Positions 42,314-56,808 of a DNA stretch of 64,000 bases are shown here, in pieces. The translations under genes and the position numbers were made by a program. The stretch covers positions 41,230,001 through 41,294,000 of the forward strand of contig OZ024753.1 of assembly GCA_964016885.1 (NCBI GenBank), in the 5' to 3' direction. This DNA comes from Eledone cirrhosa (lineage: Eukaryota). The notes under the pieces are model-generated. The model was not told the DNA's origin. It did no database searches and saw only the letters and a program-made list of their open reading frames with translations. The number at the start of each line of letters is the position of its first letter. Position 1 is the stretch's first letter.

Positions 42314-42395
42314 ATATAATATATATGTATATATATATATGTGTATATATATATATGTATATATAATATATATATGTATATATAATATATATATG

Positions 42396-42431
<36 letters not shown>

Positions 42432-42929
42432 ATGTATAAATCATGCATATAAATATATTCGAGTCTATTGTAGAAGAAACCTGCCCTACTCGCCCACGTC
42501 GTTGTGCAGTGGGACTGAAAGTAGATCCACTTACATAGTTGTGAAGCGATCTCCTTAACCACATAATCATGCATACCGCCATTTTAAAATAACTTTCAGA
42601 ATGTCGACACATCAAAGATTTATGAAACTATGAGATAAACCAATGTTTGTGAAGATTAAAAAGTAATGTATATTCTGCAAAGGAATGACATGTTACACAC
42701 GCTAACTGATTAGCTCGGGATTTCCATTTGAAATTCGCTGGACTGAAATGCTTCATTAAACTATGCTTTCCACGTAATCTTTGTTAAGTTCATTAAATAT
42801 TTGTTAAATTATTCGTGTGAAATATGTGGCTTAGTGGTTTGGGTATTCGGCTGACGATTGTAAATTTGTAAGTTTGATTTCCGGCAGAGAGCTATGTCTT
42901 TGAGTAAGGTATTTTATATCAGCTCCTAT

Positions 42930-43227
42930 ACTATGGATGTGTGGTTAGAATGTCTTAGGAAAGAATCGCTGGACAGATATTTTACGTGCAAAACCAACCG
43001 ACAGGAGACCCAGGGGTAAACCCCGTGCAAGATGGTTGGATAACATCTATGAGCTTGGCTGGTCTCACTTGGGGGGGGGGGGGGGGTCCAGCTGGATCAG
43101 TTGGAGACGGTTGCTTCTGATAAGACCCGTTGGAGGGAGTGTTTGAGGACTCTGCCCTCCCCCGCGTCCCTCTCAGGAATAAGTGGACAAAGAAAAGGAA
43201 GAAGAAGAAAAAGAAGAAGAAGAAGAA
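42930..43227 (+). mobile_element. RTE-type LINE 3' end nested in a SINE
   Basis: Reads VVRMS...GQILRAKPTDRRPRGKPRARWLDNI...ETVASDKTRWRECL followed by (GAA)n. SINE head at about 42820-42928 and SINE body resuming at 43228. Confidence 0.75.
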
Positions 43228-43662
43228 ATTTATTTCACGTTGCTCCAGTCCATCAGCTGAGAAACAAAAATCGAGTTGTCCCAGTAATTTGAATGGGGTT
43301 GCCTTATTACATTCTATGTAGCGCTGAATCTCCCTTAGAATTACGTTAAAAGTATATGTATCTGTAGACTGATCAGCCACTCGTTTCTTAATTTCACAAA
43401 TACACTGTTTCATTGTTCAAACAACAAGAACACTTACTGTCGCAACTGACGGAGGCCTAACAACAACGAACCACTTAGCTTTTAAGTAGCTCCACAAGGA
43501 AAAGTTACTTATTAATGTAAAGAGTGCAGTAATTTCGCTAGACGACAGAATTCGTTTTAAGCTCTATAATTGCTTGCTAAACGTATATAGAATTTTAAAT
43601 ATTAAGTTTAGCAAAGATTATGTAATAATATACTAGCTGTTACAATATTTCCCTCAAACCAG

Positions 43663-43849
43663 CCTACGATGATCGACCGGAAAGTTCATAGACTGACCAA
43701 GATACTCTCATGAAATGAACAAATGAGGTTTATTTTTCAAAATATTCCCTTGAAAGAAACAATGCAGTTAGTATTAAGAAGTTTTGAAATTAATGCCTGC
43801 AAGATTTCACTCCGTAGTCAGCCGATGAACTTCTCAGGCTATCCTCGTA
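43663..43849. mobile_element. Mariner-like MITE (inverted copy at about 51705-51937)
   Basis: Ends tacgatg...aaagttcatagactgac and gtcagccgatgaactt...cctcgta. The internal aaatgaggtttatttttcaa is inverted at about 51830-51850. Confidence 0.6.
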
Positions 43850-44384
43850 GAGAGATTTCACTTCTCTTTATATATAAGCTAATATAAATTGACCAGGGCT
43901 CTTTTAATTGCTTTTAATCATATTCTACCTTGCAGCATTATATACAGTTACAACATTTAAATTCCGTCTATTTCAAAAGCAAACACGCTTTACTTTACCA
44001 AACCTGGTCGACTGAAAGACGCAGCACACCCCCTAGAGGTGATGCTGTTAAATGCATAACATGTGAGACCATTCCTTTATAAACAACAGAATCATGTCTG
44101 CCTCAAGTAATTTCGTGTATCTTTAGACAAACTCTGAATTTTTCTTTTACTGATAAATCTCACATATGGTTACATGGAAGTTTAATCTGTCGTTCAATTA
44201 ATTCTGAAATAAACAGGAACGAAGCGTTGATTTACAGGTACTTTGGTTATGTGTGCACCAAATACATGTTTTTAAAATATTGTTTATCCTTCACCGAGAT
44301 AATTGCTGTAAATGAAGTGAATAATAGATTGCGAATGAGAAGCAGAGTCCAGGGGAACTAGCAGTGGCCTGCTTCCTCAAATAA

Positions 44385-44860
44385 TCGTTTCTGATAAAGG
44401 CACAAGGCCAACAGTTTTTGAGGTAAGGGAAAGTCGATTAAATTGGCCTCAGTACATTACTGGTGCTTTATTTTATCGACTCTGGAAAGATGAAAGTCAA
44501 AGCTAACCTCAGCGAGATTTGAACTCAGGACGTTAATGGTCGTAACTCTATGCCGCAAAGCACGCTGTCTGACACTCTACCGATAATACCTGCCCACCCC
44601 ACCACCAAATAACAATAATAATTGTTTCTACTTTAGGCACAAGGCCAGCAATTACCCAGTACATTACTGGTACTTTATTTTATCGACCCCGTAAGAATGA
44701 AAGGCAAAGTAAACCTCGGCGGGATTTGACATTAACAATAATAATTGTTTCTACTTTTGGCACAAGGCCAGCAATTACCCAGTACATTACTGGTACTTTA
44801 TTTTATCGACCCCGTAAGGATGAAAGGTAAAGTTAACCTCGGCGGGATTTGAACTCAGAA
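44385..44860 (-). mobile_element. Three tandem Meta-core SINE copies (opposite-strand copy at about 45615-45782)
   Basis: The core is repeated three times. Confidence 0.85.
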
Positions 44861-45801
44861 AATGGTTCCTGATTTAGGCACAATAATATATTTTTTAAAA
44901 AGCCTAAGAAATAAAATTATTTAGTGAAATTTATAAATTTGGATAAGTTTGTAAGATTTGCAGAAAGGAAACCAGAAACTTTGAGAAAAGAATCTTGCAG
45001 TTTCAAACTTCTTCAGAGAGACAGAGAGTAATCTCTCCCTCTCTCTCTCTCTCTCTCTCCATCAACACCTCTCTCTTTCTCTTTCTTTCTACTTCACCAT
45101 CTCACTCGCTATCATTTTCATGCTCTCTCTCTCTCCCTCGACATCTCTCTCTCCTTCCCCTCTCTACCTCACCATCTCTCTCCTACCCCCCCTCACTCAC
45201 CATCTCTCTCCTACCCCACTCACTCACCTGCCCTCTCTCACCCCCACTCTTACACACTCTCTCTGCCGAATGATTTTTACTAGTAACATAATATCTCGTC
45301 CCCTCACGTCAGGTCAACTAATCCAAATACACAAATAAAAGATTGAATTGCTGCAATATTTTACAAGTACGTTAGTGACATAACATTATCAATCCCAGAA
45401 GTATTCAAACAAAGAACTGTAACAGACAGAACTACAAAACCACAGAACGACAGACTAGTTATAAAGATATTAAAGATGGCTGATTCATAAAAAAAAACTT
45501 TTAATATCTGTCTACTGTTAGTGGATATATTTGTTTTGTGAGTGAGCTTATAAACACTTATATAGATTCTTTCAATACCTTTACTTTGTATTATTTTGAG
45601 TAGTTTATATGATAGGGCGGTGGATTGGCAGTATCGGTAGAGAGTCGGACACCATGCTTTGAAGCATAGAGTTACGACCCTTTACGGTATGAGTTCAAAT
45701 CTTGCCCAGGTTAACATTGCCTTTCATCCTTACGAGGTCGATAAAATAATGTACCAGTAATGCACTGAATAATTGCTGGCCTTTCTCTCTATCTCTCTCT
45801 G

Positions 45802-45854
<53 letters not shown>

Positions 45855-45899
45855 GCAACCCATTTTAAACTAAAGACATCAGTCTAAAAGAAAAAGACA

Positions 45900-46610
45900 T
45901 TTCTAAATATTTTACTAATGCATTATCACTACATTGTATTTTTAGTTGTCATAGTAACTATATTTTTCAGTCTAAAATTACCTTCTAAAATGTCATGAAT
46001 AAATCATTAGAATTATGCCATGCCCTTTTCTAGAGATATGCATGACACATTAGAAATTTCTAAGTATATCTTTTATACTTTCCTCTAATGTTTTGCTACA
46101 AATTGCAAACCTAGATACTGTCCGCCATTGCTAGACTAATGGAAATATAGTTTCCTTGGTCCAATTTGACGATCAGCTCCTTTGCTTTCCTTTTCTTTAG
46201 GTGAATTGAAAAATATAGAGATAAGTAAACGTACGAGAGATACAGAAGAAACATTACTCTGGATAACTATTTACTGCTTACGACCTCATTGTCCCAGATA
46301 CTACCTAATCGGACATTTTCTCTCTATATTTCTCGTGTTACCATATATAAATGCACCACTAACAAAACTCTGTTGATAACATCTGACTCTCCAGATAAAT
46401 CTTTCACCTACTTATTAGAAGGTATAACGAGATAGGCCATGCTTAGTAATTGCTTCCTAACAGTAAGTAGCGAAATCATTTCCAAATTTAAAGAATGTTT
46501 CGTAAGATTGCAGTGGTGATTTCTCTGGATAAGGAAAATATATTTTTTAAAATGTAATCCTGTATATACAGAGCTCACCAATAAAATGTATACACACTTC
46601 AGGAAAAGAC
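45900..46610 (+). mobile_element. Decayed Tc1/mariner transposase remnant
   Basis: About 46155-46260 resembles 'WP..SPDL.P.DFFLWG.LK..VY' (GELKNIE...RDTEE). TIR-like tacag...aaatgtatacacactt at about 46568. Confidence 0.4.
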
Positions 46611-46667
46611 ATAGCAATTAAGATATCTCAACATAGAAATTCATCTTTTGTACGTATGTGTGTGTAT

Positions 46668-46752
<85 letters not shown>

Positions 46753-46919
46753 AGGTAAAGCAATAGTTAGATACAACTTGACACGTTGCAGTTCATCTCA
46801 TTGTTCCTCCTGAGTGACTGAACAAAGGTGGAATGATGTGTTGTGCTGTAGAGCACAACGTGCCACGCAGTGTAGGAATCGAACTCAGAACTTACGATCG
46901 TGAGATCCAAATAGTAATA

Positions 46920-47515
46920 AATAATTGTTTCTACTTTTGACACAAGGTCAACAATTACCCCAGTGTATTACTGGTATTTTATTTTATCGACCCCCATAAG
47001 GATGAAAGGCAAAGTTAACCTCGGCGGGATTTGAACTCAGAATGGCAAGGGCCGTAACTCTATGCGTCAAAGCATGGTGTCCGACTCTCTACCGATACTG
47101 CCCATCCACCGCCATAAAATAGGAATAAATAATTGTTTCTACTTTTGGCTCAAGGCCAGCAATTGCCAGTACATTACTGGTACTTTTATTTTATCGACCC
47201 CGTAAGGATGAAAGGCAAAGTGAACCTCGGCGGGATTTGAACTCAGACCGTAAAGGGACGTAACTATGCTGGAAAGCATGGCGTCCGACTCTCTACCGAT
47301 ACTGCCAATCCTCCACCTTAATAGGAATAAATAATTGTTTCTACTTTTGGCACAAGGCCAGCAATTTCCCAGTGTATTACTGGTACTTTATTTTATCGAC
47401 CCCCGTAAGGATGAAAGGCAAAGTTAACCTCGGCGGGATTTGAACTCAGAATGGCAAGGGCCGTATATCTATGCGTCAAAGCATGGCGTCCGACCCTCTA
47501 CCGATACTGCCAAGG
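46920..47515 (-). mobile_element. Three head-to-tail copies of a tRNA-derived SINE with a Meta/MESC-like core
   Basis: Units of about 205 bp with A box (tggcagtatcgg), B box (gagttcaaatcc), core ttgcctttcatccttacggggtcgataaaataaagtaccag and tail ccttgtgccaaaagtagaaacaatt. Confidence 0.88.
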
Positions 47516-47739
47516 AATAAATAATATATCGGAAACAAGACCGTTTATATCATTTTATGACGACTGACCCCTAAAGGTGTGTTTGTGACAGGAGAAACAG
47601 AACCGACATCAAATGGCCTGTCACGTTTAGCGTTTTTTTCTGTTTGTCATTCATCCATCTTTTGCCACACATGCGCACAGGAATACAGATAAAAGAAATG
47701 GAGAAAATATTAGATATTGATGGAAGATGGAAGTATCTT

Positions 47740-48630
47740 AACGTGTGCGTGCGTATGTGTTGGCAGCGCATGTGTGTGTTTGTGTGTTTTTATGTGTGAG
47801 CATGTACGTATATTTACGTGTTAGCGCGCGTGTGTATATGTGTGAGTTCGTATGTGTTGCCTGAGCATGTGTGTGTTGTGTTTGCGTGTGTATATATGAG
47901 AGAGCTTATGTATATTTACGGGGTAGCGCGTGTGTGTTTATGTAAGTGTACGTATGTGCTGGCTGAGCATGTGCGTGTATGTGTTTGTGTGTGTATATGT
48001 GAGAGAGCGTATGTATATTTCCGAGTTAGTGTGTGTGTGTTTATGTGTGTATTTGTGAGAAAGTGTAAGTATATTTACGAGTTAGCGCGCGTGTGTATTT
48101 GTGTGTGTATATATGTGAGAGTGCATATATATATTTACGAGTTAGCGTGTGTATGTGTCTGCCTCTGTATATGTGAGTGAGCATATATATATATATAAGG
48201 CGTGTGGCGGAGTGGTTAGGGAATTGGATTCGCAATCGTAAGGTTGTGAGTTCGATTCCTGGACCAGGCGTTGCGTTATGTCCTTGAGCAAGGCACTTTA
48301 TTTCACGTTGCTCCTTCTACCTGGAGTTGCGACCGATAGATAGTATTAGCAATTGGAAAGACCAACGGAAACATTGTTCCCTCGGTCCGATTTGACGAAA
48401 GTCGATCGTTCCTTTATATATATATAACGAAGGAAATGTGGTAAGGAACCAGATGGACCATAACGCACCAAAGTACTCAATACTTATATATATTTACGAG
48501 TTAGCGTGTGTGTGTGTGTGTGCCTGCCTGTGTATATGTGAGTGTGCATATATATATATATATATTTACGAGTTAGCGTGTGTGTGTGTTTGTGTGTGTA
48601 CATGTGTGAGTGTGTACGTATATTTACGAA
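47740..48630. repeat. Degenerate GT-rich minisatellite with recurring tatatttacgagttagcg, interrupted by a SINE
   Basis: The motif recurs several times at irregular spacing. Confidence 0.8.
48197..48413 (+). mobile_element. CORE/V-like tRNA SINE copy. Related partial copies at about 8545-8720 (-), 21802-21945 (+), 23025-23100 (-), 25330-25470 (-), 51320-51440 (-)
   Basis: Aligns end to end with 11139-11355 and is TA-flanked. Confidence 0.88.
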
Positions 48631-50299
48631 TTCTATCAAGATGTTTCAATTTGTACATTTGTATCTAGTTAGCAGCATTAGAAGCTAGAATTACGTATAG
48701 CTTTTTGTTATTGACTAATCATTTGTTGTCTAAACAGACAAGCGAAGCTGTCAGGAATGAAGAACAATCCAAAAATAGGCTAAATTCACACCTAAATCTT
48801 TCATTGTGATCTTCACAGATAATAATGTTTTTACTTATTAACGAATTCTTTTATAAAACACGTCAGATTCGTAGAGCTTCGGGTTAAATGCCTCGGTATC
48901 GTTTCGGTTTACGGCGCTCCATGTTGAAATCCCCACTGAGTTAAACTTAGCCTTTCATCCTTTCGCAGACGATAAATAAACTATATGATTATACTGCGCT
49001 ACAGAGGTGGTGAATTGGCAGATTCGTTAGAACCATGGATGAGTTCTCTGTGGTATTCCTTCCAGTTCTTTGCTCTCTCTCAATTAAAATTCTGTCGAGG
49101 TCAAATTTGCCTTTCATCCAATCAAGGTCGTTAAAAGGTACCAGTCTAGTACTGAGGGACCAATTCTTCCTCTATATTTCTTTCTCACTTCCATTCTCTT
49201 TCTTTCTCTCTCACTCTCTTTCTTTCCTTCTCTGGAAGAAATCTGATGTATTCAAACCTGTAATGATGAAAGACAAAGCTAACCTCGGCGGGATTTGATC
49301 TCAGAACGTAAAGGGATGTAAACCGACGTAACTCTATACTGAAGCATGGTGTCTAACGCTCAACTAATACTGCCAATCCACCACCTCTATCCTCTAAAAT
49401 ACAATATATTGATAGAAAACAATGCTTTAATGATCCTCATAGTTGCTATACATTTATTTAATATGCTGTTTACATTATGGGGGATCCAACAGCGTATATG
49501 TTTAATAAATAGCAGAAAGCTCCACAAAATATTAACAAATGTTAACTGAACTGCCTAACAATACCTCAGCGTCAAACGCTGTAAATAAATAAGTAATATT
49601 TCACATTAATGGCATCAAAAGAAATGTGATTTTCCAGGGATATAATATTAATGGAATGGATACCAACTTTCATAAAAATATTTGATCACTAAGATATTTA
49701 ATGCGTTTATTAAAGAGTTGTTAGGGATGTTCACATTGGCTTTTAAATGCAAATTGAACAGATATAAAACAACATTAAAAGACATTATTGGTAATTGCTG
49801 ATTGAGTAAGAGTGTTAATAAAAGAACCAATAAATGAGTATAGATTTATTGATTTTCATTTTTGTATCTTTTACATTTTAATCGAATTTCGTCGATCAAT
49901 CCCCTGATTGTTTTGAATCTATCAATTTATGTGTAAGTTTTCAAATATTGATTTCGGAAAGAATAGAAAGGATCTATGTAACTTATTGATATTAAATTTA
50001 GACACAAGGCCAGCATATTTGAGGGAAGGGCAAAGTTGATTATATCAACCCCAGTACTTGACTGGTACTTTCTTTTATCGACACAGGAAGGATGAAAATC
50101 AAAATCAACCTTAGGGATTTGAACTCAGATGTAAAAAACCTGAACAAATACCACAGTGGCTTTTTGTTCGACGCTCTACTAATTCTGCCAATCCATCAAT
50201 AGGGCATATTCCATTTATATGCTTTTTTTCTAAATTTAAATTTGTTAATTCGTAACGTGACAGAAGGATGGATAAGACTGGACCTTTCAATTCTACGTA

Positions 50300-50620
50300 G
50301 AACAACAACAACAGCAGCAACAACAACAAAACAGCAACAGCTTTAACAACAACAACAGTGTACAATATCAGCGACAACTTCAACGACAACAACAGCAACA
50401 ACAATAACAACAATAATAGCAACAACAATAACAACAACAATAACAAAACAATATAAAAAAAACAACTGCAGCTGCAGCCACAACAACAACTACAATAACA
50501 ACAACAATAACAACAACAATAACAAAACAACACAAATAACAAAAACAACAGCAGCTGCAGTCCCAACAACAACAGTAGCAACACAACAGTAACAATAACA
50601 ACTACAATAACAACAACAGT
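50300..50620. repeat. (CAA/TAA/CAG)n trinucleotide tract
   Basis: Directly visible. Confidence 0.95.
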
Positions 50621-51548
50621 GCTACAATTCTGAGCCAGTCACGTTTGAAGGAAATATATTGATACTACTCTTTAGTTTAATTTCTAAGTATTTAAATCCA
50701 CCTCGAGTTAACTTCAGTTTTTATTCTTTACTGTTGATATTCACTAAAATAATTAATATTAAGATGGCTGACAGCGATATAATCATCTTATGACTTTTCT
50801 ACAACCACAATTAACTTGGGAAAATCGATATTTCATTAGATTGAAGAGATTTGGTTAGATCATAATTTCAAAGTCATAAGATTTATTTCTGAAAAACATG
50901 TCTTTGTTGAATACAATGATGCGCCAACTCACTCTGTTTTAAGATAGGAGAGAGTGTGAAGTCTAAATTCTAAATAAATGCCCAAGAGAGATAACTATTT
51001 CAAGAAAGTTAAAAATATTAGCTACGCTGAGCCGTTAGAACGTTGGTATAATGCTGCATGGTACTGGTGATAATTCTCGTCAAAGTTATTTATTTTTATC
51101 TTACAAAGTTGATAAATAGAATATCAGTACAATTCTAGAGTCAATTCTTCCCCTGTATCACTTTCTCTCTTCTTCTTCCTCTCCCCTTCTCATTCTCTAG
51201 AAGAATTCGACGATTTTTAAACATGGACGGATTGACTCTGCTAGATTTAGATATACTACGTTCCGACATTAAAACAATATTGGCCCTTCGAATTACAAGT
51301 ACAATTCATTTTTGCAGATAAGTGGACTGGAGCAATAGGAAATAAAATGCCTTGCTCAAGGACACAAGGCACCACCTGGAATCGAACTCTCTATCTTACG
51401 ATCGTAAGCCGAGTACCCTATCCACTAAGTCCTGTGCCTAATTGAATGTGTAGGTTAGTTAAACTTGAAATTACAGTCAAGCAAATGATATATTTAAACA
51501 AGTAAAATAAAAATTTTCAATTTGATGTGTGATTAAAATTGAACTTAC

Positions 51549-51648
51549 AATTAAACAAACGATATGCGGTATATTAAAAATCAATTCCAATTTTCCAGCA
51601 CGTGATATCCAACACGTGACCCTTGGGTCATCTACTTCCGTATGGAGG
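51549..51648 (-). CDS. Class B1 GPCR ECL2/TM5 exon: (S)LHTEVDDPRVTCWISRAGKLELIFNIPHIVCLI
   Basis: tttttcag|CCTCCAT...TTAATT|gtaagt. 100 nt, phase 2 in and phase 0 out. Contains the conserved ECL2 'CW' and the TM5 proline. Confidence 0.92.
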
Positions 51649-52579
51649 CTGAAAAACAAAAACAGTTGCAGAAAATTAGCAATTGGTTATCCAAAGGTGA
51701 TGAATTGGTGAATGGACTAAAAATTTATAGGCTGACTATAAAGGAGTGATGCTAGAGCTGTGAAATCTTTCAAGCATTAATTTCAACTCTTCTTATTAAT
51801 AACTACATTGTTTCCTTTCAGGAACTATGTTGAAAAATAAACCTCATTTGATCATTCATTGAGAATATTTTGGTCAGCATATGAGCTTTTCAACCTATGA
51901 ACTTTTTAGCCTATGAAATTTTCACCCGACCCTTGTATAGCTTCCATTAAATTTATAGCTTCCCTAAATGCAGGGAATCAAATATTATAATAGGAAGGAT
52001 AAGTAATTTATCTTATCTTTTCATTTGCATTCTCACTGCCCGATGTTATTCTTTCTTATTAATTGTAAATATTTCCTTATACAGAGGTCACTAGAATGAA
52101 CACACTACCATATGTCATGTGAGTTCTACCAAAGATTAATAATCACGTAAACCAAACAGTAATTATCCTTTCAAATAGGAATGTTTGTTTATGAAGCATA
52201 GCAATAAATACAAGGAATAAGTATTTATAAATATTTCAGAGTATTCCCAATATGCAGCTGCCATTATATATTAAATATTACACTAAGAAGCCGAATAAAC
52301 CAGAAATTCATATATGTGTACAAACACTACTGGTTATAACTGAAGTTACGTGAAATGTGTATGTAAACATAACTTTATATATTTAATACGTTTGTGACTG
52401 CATTTCTTCAAAAATACTCACTCTTAATTAATTATGACACTGGTCACTCGATCTGTTAGGTTGGCTCCTACTTTAGCAGTGAAAATATCTTTAGCACTTT
52501 CATAACGTAATCGCCTCCTCCTCGCCCAAAATGTTTGGCACCTTTTCTCTGAATCAGAAACCATTGTTACTGTTTTTAA

Positions 52580-52962
52580 GGGCAGTGGATTGGCAGTATC
52601 GGTAGAAGGTTTGACGCATAGAGTTACGGACCTTGCCATTCTGAGTTCAAATCCCGCCGAGGTTAACTTTGCCTTTCATCCTTACGGGGTCGATAAAATA
52701 AAGTACCAGTAATGCACTGGTGAATTGCTGGCCTTGTGTCAAAAGTAGAAACAATTAATAGTCTGTTAAAGAGCAGCGGAATGGCAATATCGGTAGAGTG
52801 TCAGACAACATGTTTTGTGGCATATAGTCACTGCATTTTATGTTCTGAGTTCAAATCCCGCAGAAGTAAGCTTTGCCTTTCATCCTTACTGGATGGACAA
52901 AATAAAAGTACCAGTAACGGGCTGGGGGTCGATTTGCCTTGTTCCAAAAGTAGAAACAATTA
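52580..52962 (+). mobile_element. Two tandem Meta-core SINE copies (others at about 50000-50190 on -, 54405-54590 on +, 55558-55700 on +)
   Basis: A and B boxes, core and tail are visible. Confidence 0.85.
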
Positions 52963-53138
52963 TTACTGCTTGTTATTCTATTAGTAGTTTATTAATAGGG
53001 TTTTCTGGTGAGACTTTCTAATTAAATACACTTTATTTCATTTAATTCTTGAAGAGTTCCGAGGGATTTACTGAAAATGTTTACGGTTTCATTAGTAAGA
53101 TAGTTACATAATGTGTGCATGAATAATATATGTTTATA

Positions 53139-53174
<36 letters not shown>

Positions 53175-53249
53175 CAAGAAAATGTGGTAAGAAACCAGGT
53201 GAACCATAACGCGCCAGAGTACTCGATACTTAGGGTCAATGACCTTTTT

Positions 53250-53303
<54 letters not shown>

Positions 53304-56160
53304 ATGATAAGTTATCGTTTAAGGCAATCCAGCTAGAGGTGTATTGTGGATAGTTTTAACGTACGGCGTTGTTTGACTCAACAAGAAGTTTCCTTAGTTA
53401 GGTGGCGAGTTTACGAGAATTCCTATGTAGGTGATTCTTGGAGTAATAATAGTGAAAGAGTGAAGAATAAATAAAACCTTTTATATATATATATATATAT
53501 ATAATAATAATTTCGACGACCAAAATCCAAAGAGGGCTCGATATATATATATATCTGTGTGTGTATTTAGTCATACATCAACCCTGCTAAACCCCTGCTG
53601 GCTGATATATGGTTAAACAACTCGCAGGGTCTGTATATTCGACTTTAACTCGGCGCTAGAATGTCTATTGATAGGATTTTTTCTCCTGATTTCAATTTTA
53701 GATTAATCCATAAAACTGACAATGAACACAACCCTTATATCGATCATATATAGATGCTATCATTAAGTTACTGTATTAAATAAATATGAATAGAGTAAAA
53801 TAGATAATAGAAACAAATATGAATCTCTTGTACATTAATATCCGTGATTTGAGCAGTTCATTGAATTGATTAATCCAATAGAAACGACAATATGAAAGAA
53901 ACGAGAGAGAAACAAGTTGACCCTAACAATTGAGGGATCCTTCTTCGTTTTCGACGATGAATATTTATTTGGTTGATCAACTGAACGTTAGATTTGCTAA
54001 ATAAACGTGTACACTGCTGGGTATTCTACAGACCCGTGTCGTATAGTATGGTAATGTCCACTAACTCAAAATGGAGTCGTAGGAGCAACGTAGTGGAATA
54101 TGGCGTTCGTTGGGCATTTTGTGTCTGGCGGAGCCCACCCCCTGTTCAGATCTGAACACATCAGATTTCTTCTAGAGAAAGATAGAGAGTGGGGGAGAGG
54201 AGGTGAGAGAGATATAGAGGAAAAATTGACCCGAGTTCTAGAATATCGGATAGAATGCTCTCTGAGTTCAAATCCCACCAAGGTCAACTGTCTTTAGTTC
54301 GGTAGCGCGCTTGATGTTGGACACAACCCCACCATTTTTAACTGTTTTGTATTTCTCTCCTTTAAACCACCCATCTTACTACATTAATAATAGAAAAGAC
54401 ACCAATTGGATTGCCAGTATCGTGAGAGGGTCGGATGCCATGCTTTCCAGCATAGTTACGTTTCTTTACGGTCAGAGTTCAAATCTCGCCGAGGTTAACT
54501 TTGCCTTTCATCCTAACGGGGTCGATAAAATAAAGTACCAGTAATACACTGGGTAATTGCTGGCCTTGTGCCAAAAGTAGAAACAATTATCTATTATATA
54601 TACAATAATATTATTCTTCAAAGTTTTAATAAATCTGATAGTTTGTAGTCACTAGCTGAAAATACTGAAATATTTCAACCTCTTTCTAATATAACGTCTA
54701 ATTAATACACATAACTAATTGATTAAATAAAGTGTTCAAAATATTCTTAGTCTCTTGTGAGCTGCTGATTAACTTCTGTTTCATAATGTATCATGGATAA
54801 GAGATGAAGGTATCTGGCGTATAGGGCGCCAGTCTATTGTAGGTCACTTCTCCCACATGACTTTGTGCTTATCTCCGATCGTTGCTTGACCCGAAGCCAT
54901 ATAACAAAGAGAAACACTCCCAGTCGAGTTTAACTCACTATGAATAAATATAACAATATCTTATCCACTCTCATATTTCAGCTATAGAACTACTAAAACC
55001 ATTGATATTTATTAGCAATAAATCTCGATTAATTTTTTTTCTAAATTTTAATTCTTTATATAATTCATCTTAATTTATATTATTATACATATTTTGCTTC
55101 TTCTTTGCAAAAATCTACTGACCTTTTCACGAAAAAACAACAACAAAACGATCAATATAATACTTGCTTTCAATGATAGCTGAAAATACACGATGTCGCC
55201 TATAGTTATGAATAAATTTTAAGTGACTGCTGTTGTAGGACTTACGACGACGGATGTTCACAGCTTGCTTATGGAATTAATATGTAAGTGGCTGAGCAAT
55301 CGACTGACACCTGTACCCACCAGTAACGTAGTTCTTGTAGGACAAGGCTTGCCTCTAGAATCACAGCTACAATGCTCCTGTTTCTTCCAGATGACTGGAA
55401 TAAAACCTCATTAAGTGTCATGCTCAAGGATACAGCCCCCAGCGTGAGCCGAACACACTAACCTCTAAGCCAGGCTCTTCACGGTCGTCAGATTACTATT
55501 TCAATGATAATACTAATGAGAGTGGTGAAGTGGCAACCCTTTATAAGAGCTGCTATATGAGTTCAAATCCCGCCGAGGTTAACTTTGCCTTTCATGCTTA
55601 CAGGGTCGATAAAATAAAGTACCAGTAATGTACTTGAATAGATTTAATTGATCTTCTCCTCCCCAAAATGTGCTGCCCTTATGCCTAAATCAGAAACCAT
55701 TATCAGAGCTGCTATATCCAGTTCTGCTCATGAGAGTCTATTAATATCAGTTTAATATAAAATTCTCTCTCATCACATATTAACCTCATACCGTAAAATT
55801 ACTTTCGTCGTCTTCCTCCATAAACAAATCAATACCATAGTATGTTTCTCTCACATACCACGCAAGTTATATATTGTATATCAGATATATGGATGTATCT
55901 ATTGAATCATTACAAAGTGTTACTAAGTACATGGCTTCTATATAAAGTTATTGTTTTTTTTTTTATACATATGATGGACTTCCGTCGGTTTCGACGATGT
56001 CTAGTGTTCCAGTTGTTCGAACAAAGAACAGCCTGCTTGTGAAATTAACGTGCGGCAAGTGGTTGAGACACCCATAGACACGTGTACCCTTAATACAGTC
56101 CTGAGGGAGATTCAGCGAGACACATCGTGTGACAAGGCTGACACCATAAATCACTAGCTA

Positions 56161-56262
56161 TATACACGGTGTCCTCCAAAGATTTATACACACTTTGATT
56201 ACCTGTACATGCAATATTTATTAGAAACTGTTGAAGTGTGTATACATTTTTGGGACATCCAG

Positions 56263-56265
<3 letters not shown>
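56161..56265. mobile_element. Tc1/mariner-like MITE
   Basis: tacacggtgtcc...tatacacactt pairs with aagtgtgtata...gggacatcc. Confidence 0.55.
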
Positions 56266-56331
<66 letters not shown>

Positions 56332-56406
56332 ATACATTAACGGAGCCATAGACTCTCGCCGTGATAGCGAATTGTATCTCTCTCTAGTGTGTTACCTTTT
56401 CAACAT

Positions 56407-56521
<115 letters not shown>

Positions 56522-56750
56522 CGAAAAATCAGTGATGCATCTGAACTCAATTTATTGTGTGTTACAGTTGTTTCGCCGGCGTACAGCTCCAGACGCGATC
56601 ATTGTGTGGATCTGTCTGATTCTGGACCCGCAAGTTCGACGGACACGGCTAATGATTTCGGAGCATATTCTCTCACATATCGGCCGCCCTTATGTCTCTG
56701 CTTTTCAGCCCCATGGATTTTGTTTATTATATTCCTTTGTTATATTTCGA

Positions 56751-56808
56751 ATACCTGATGATGTCACCGGATTTATACTGAACCCGGTCACTGAAATAAT
56801 CATAGTAT
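56751..56808 (+). ncRNA. Minimal type I hammerhead ribozyme motif
   Basis: atac-CTGATGA-t gtcaccgg...ccggtcac t-GAAA-taatca-TA-gtat, immediately followed by AATAAA. Confidence 0.7.

Noticed and set aside
50111-50601. Leu/Cys-rich 'membrane protein' ORFs
   Set aside because: They are the reverse translation of a (CAA)n tract.
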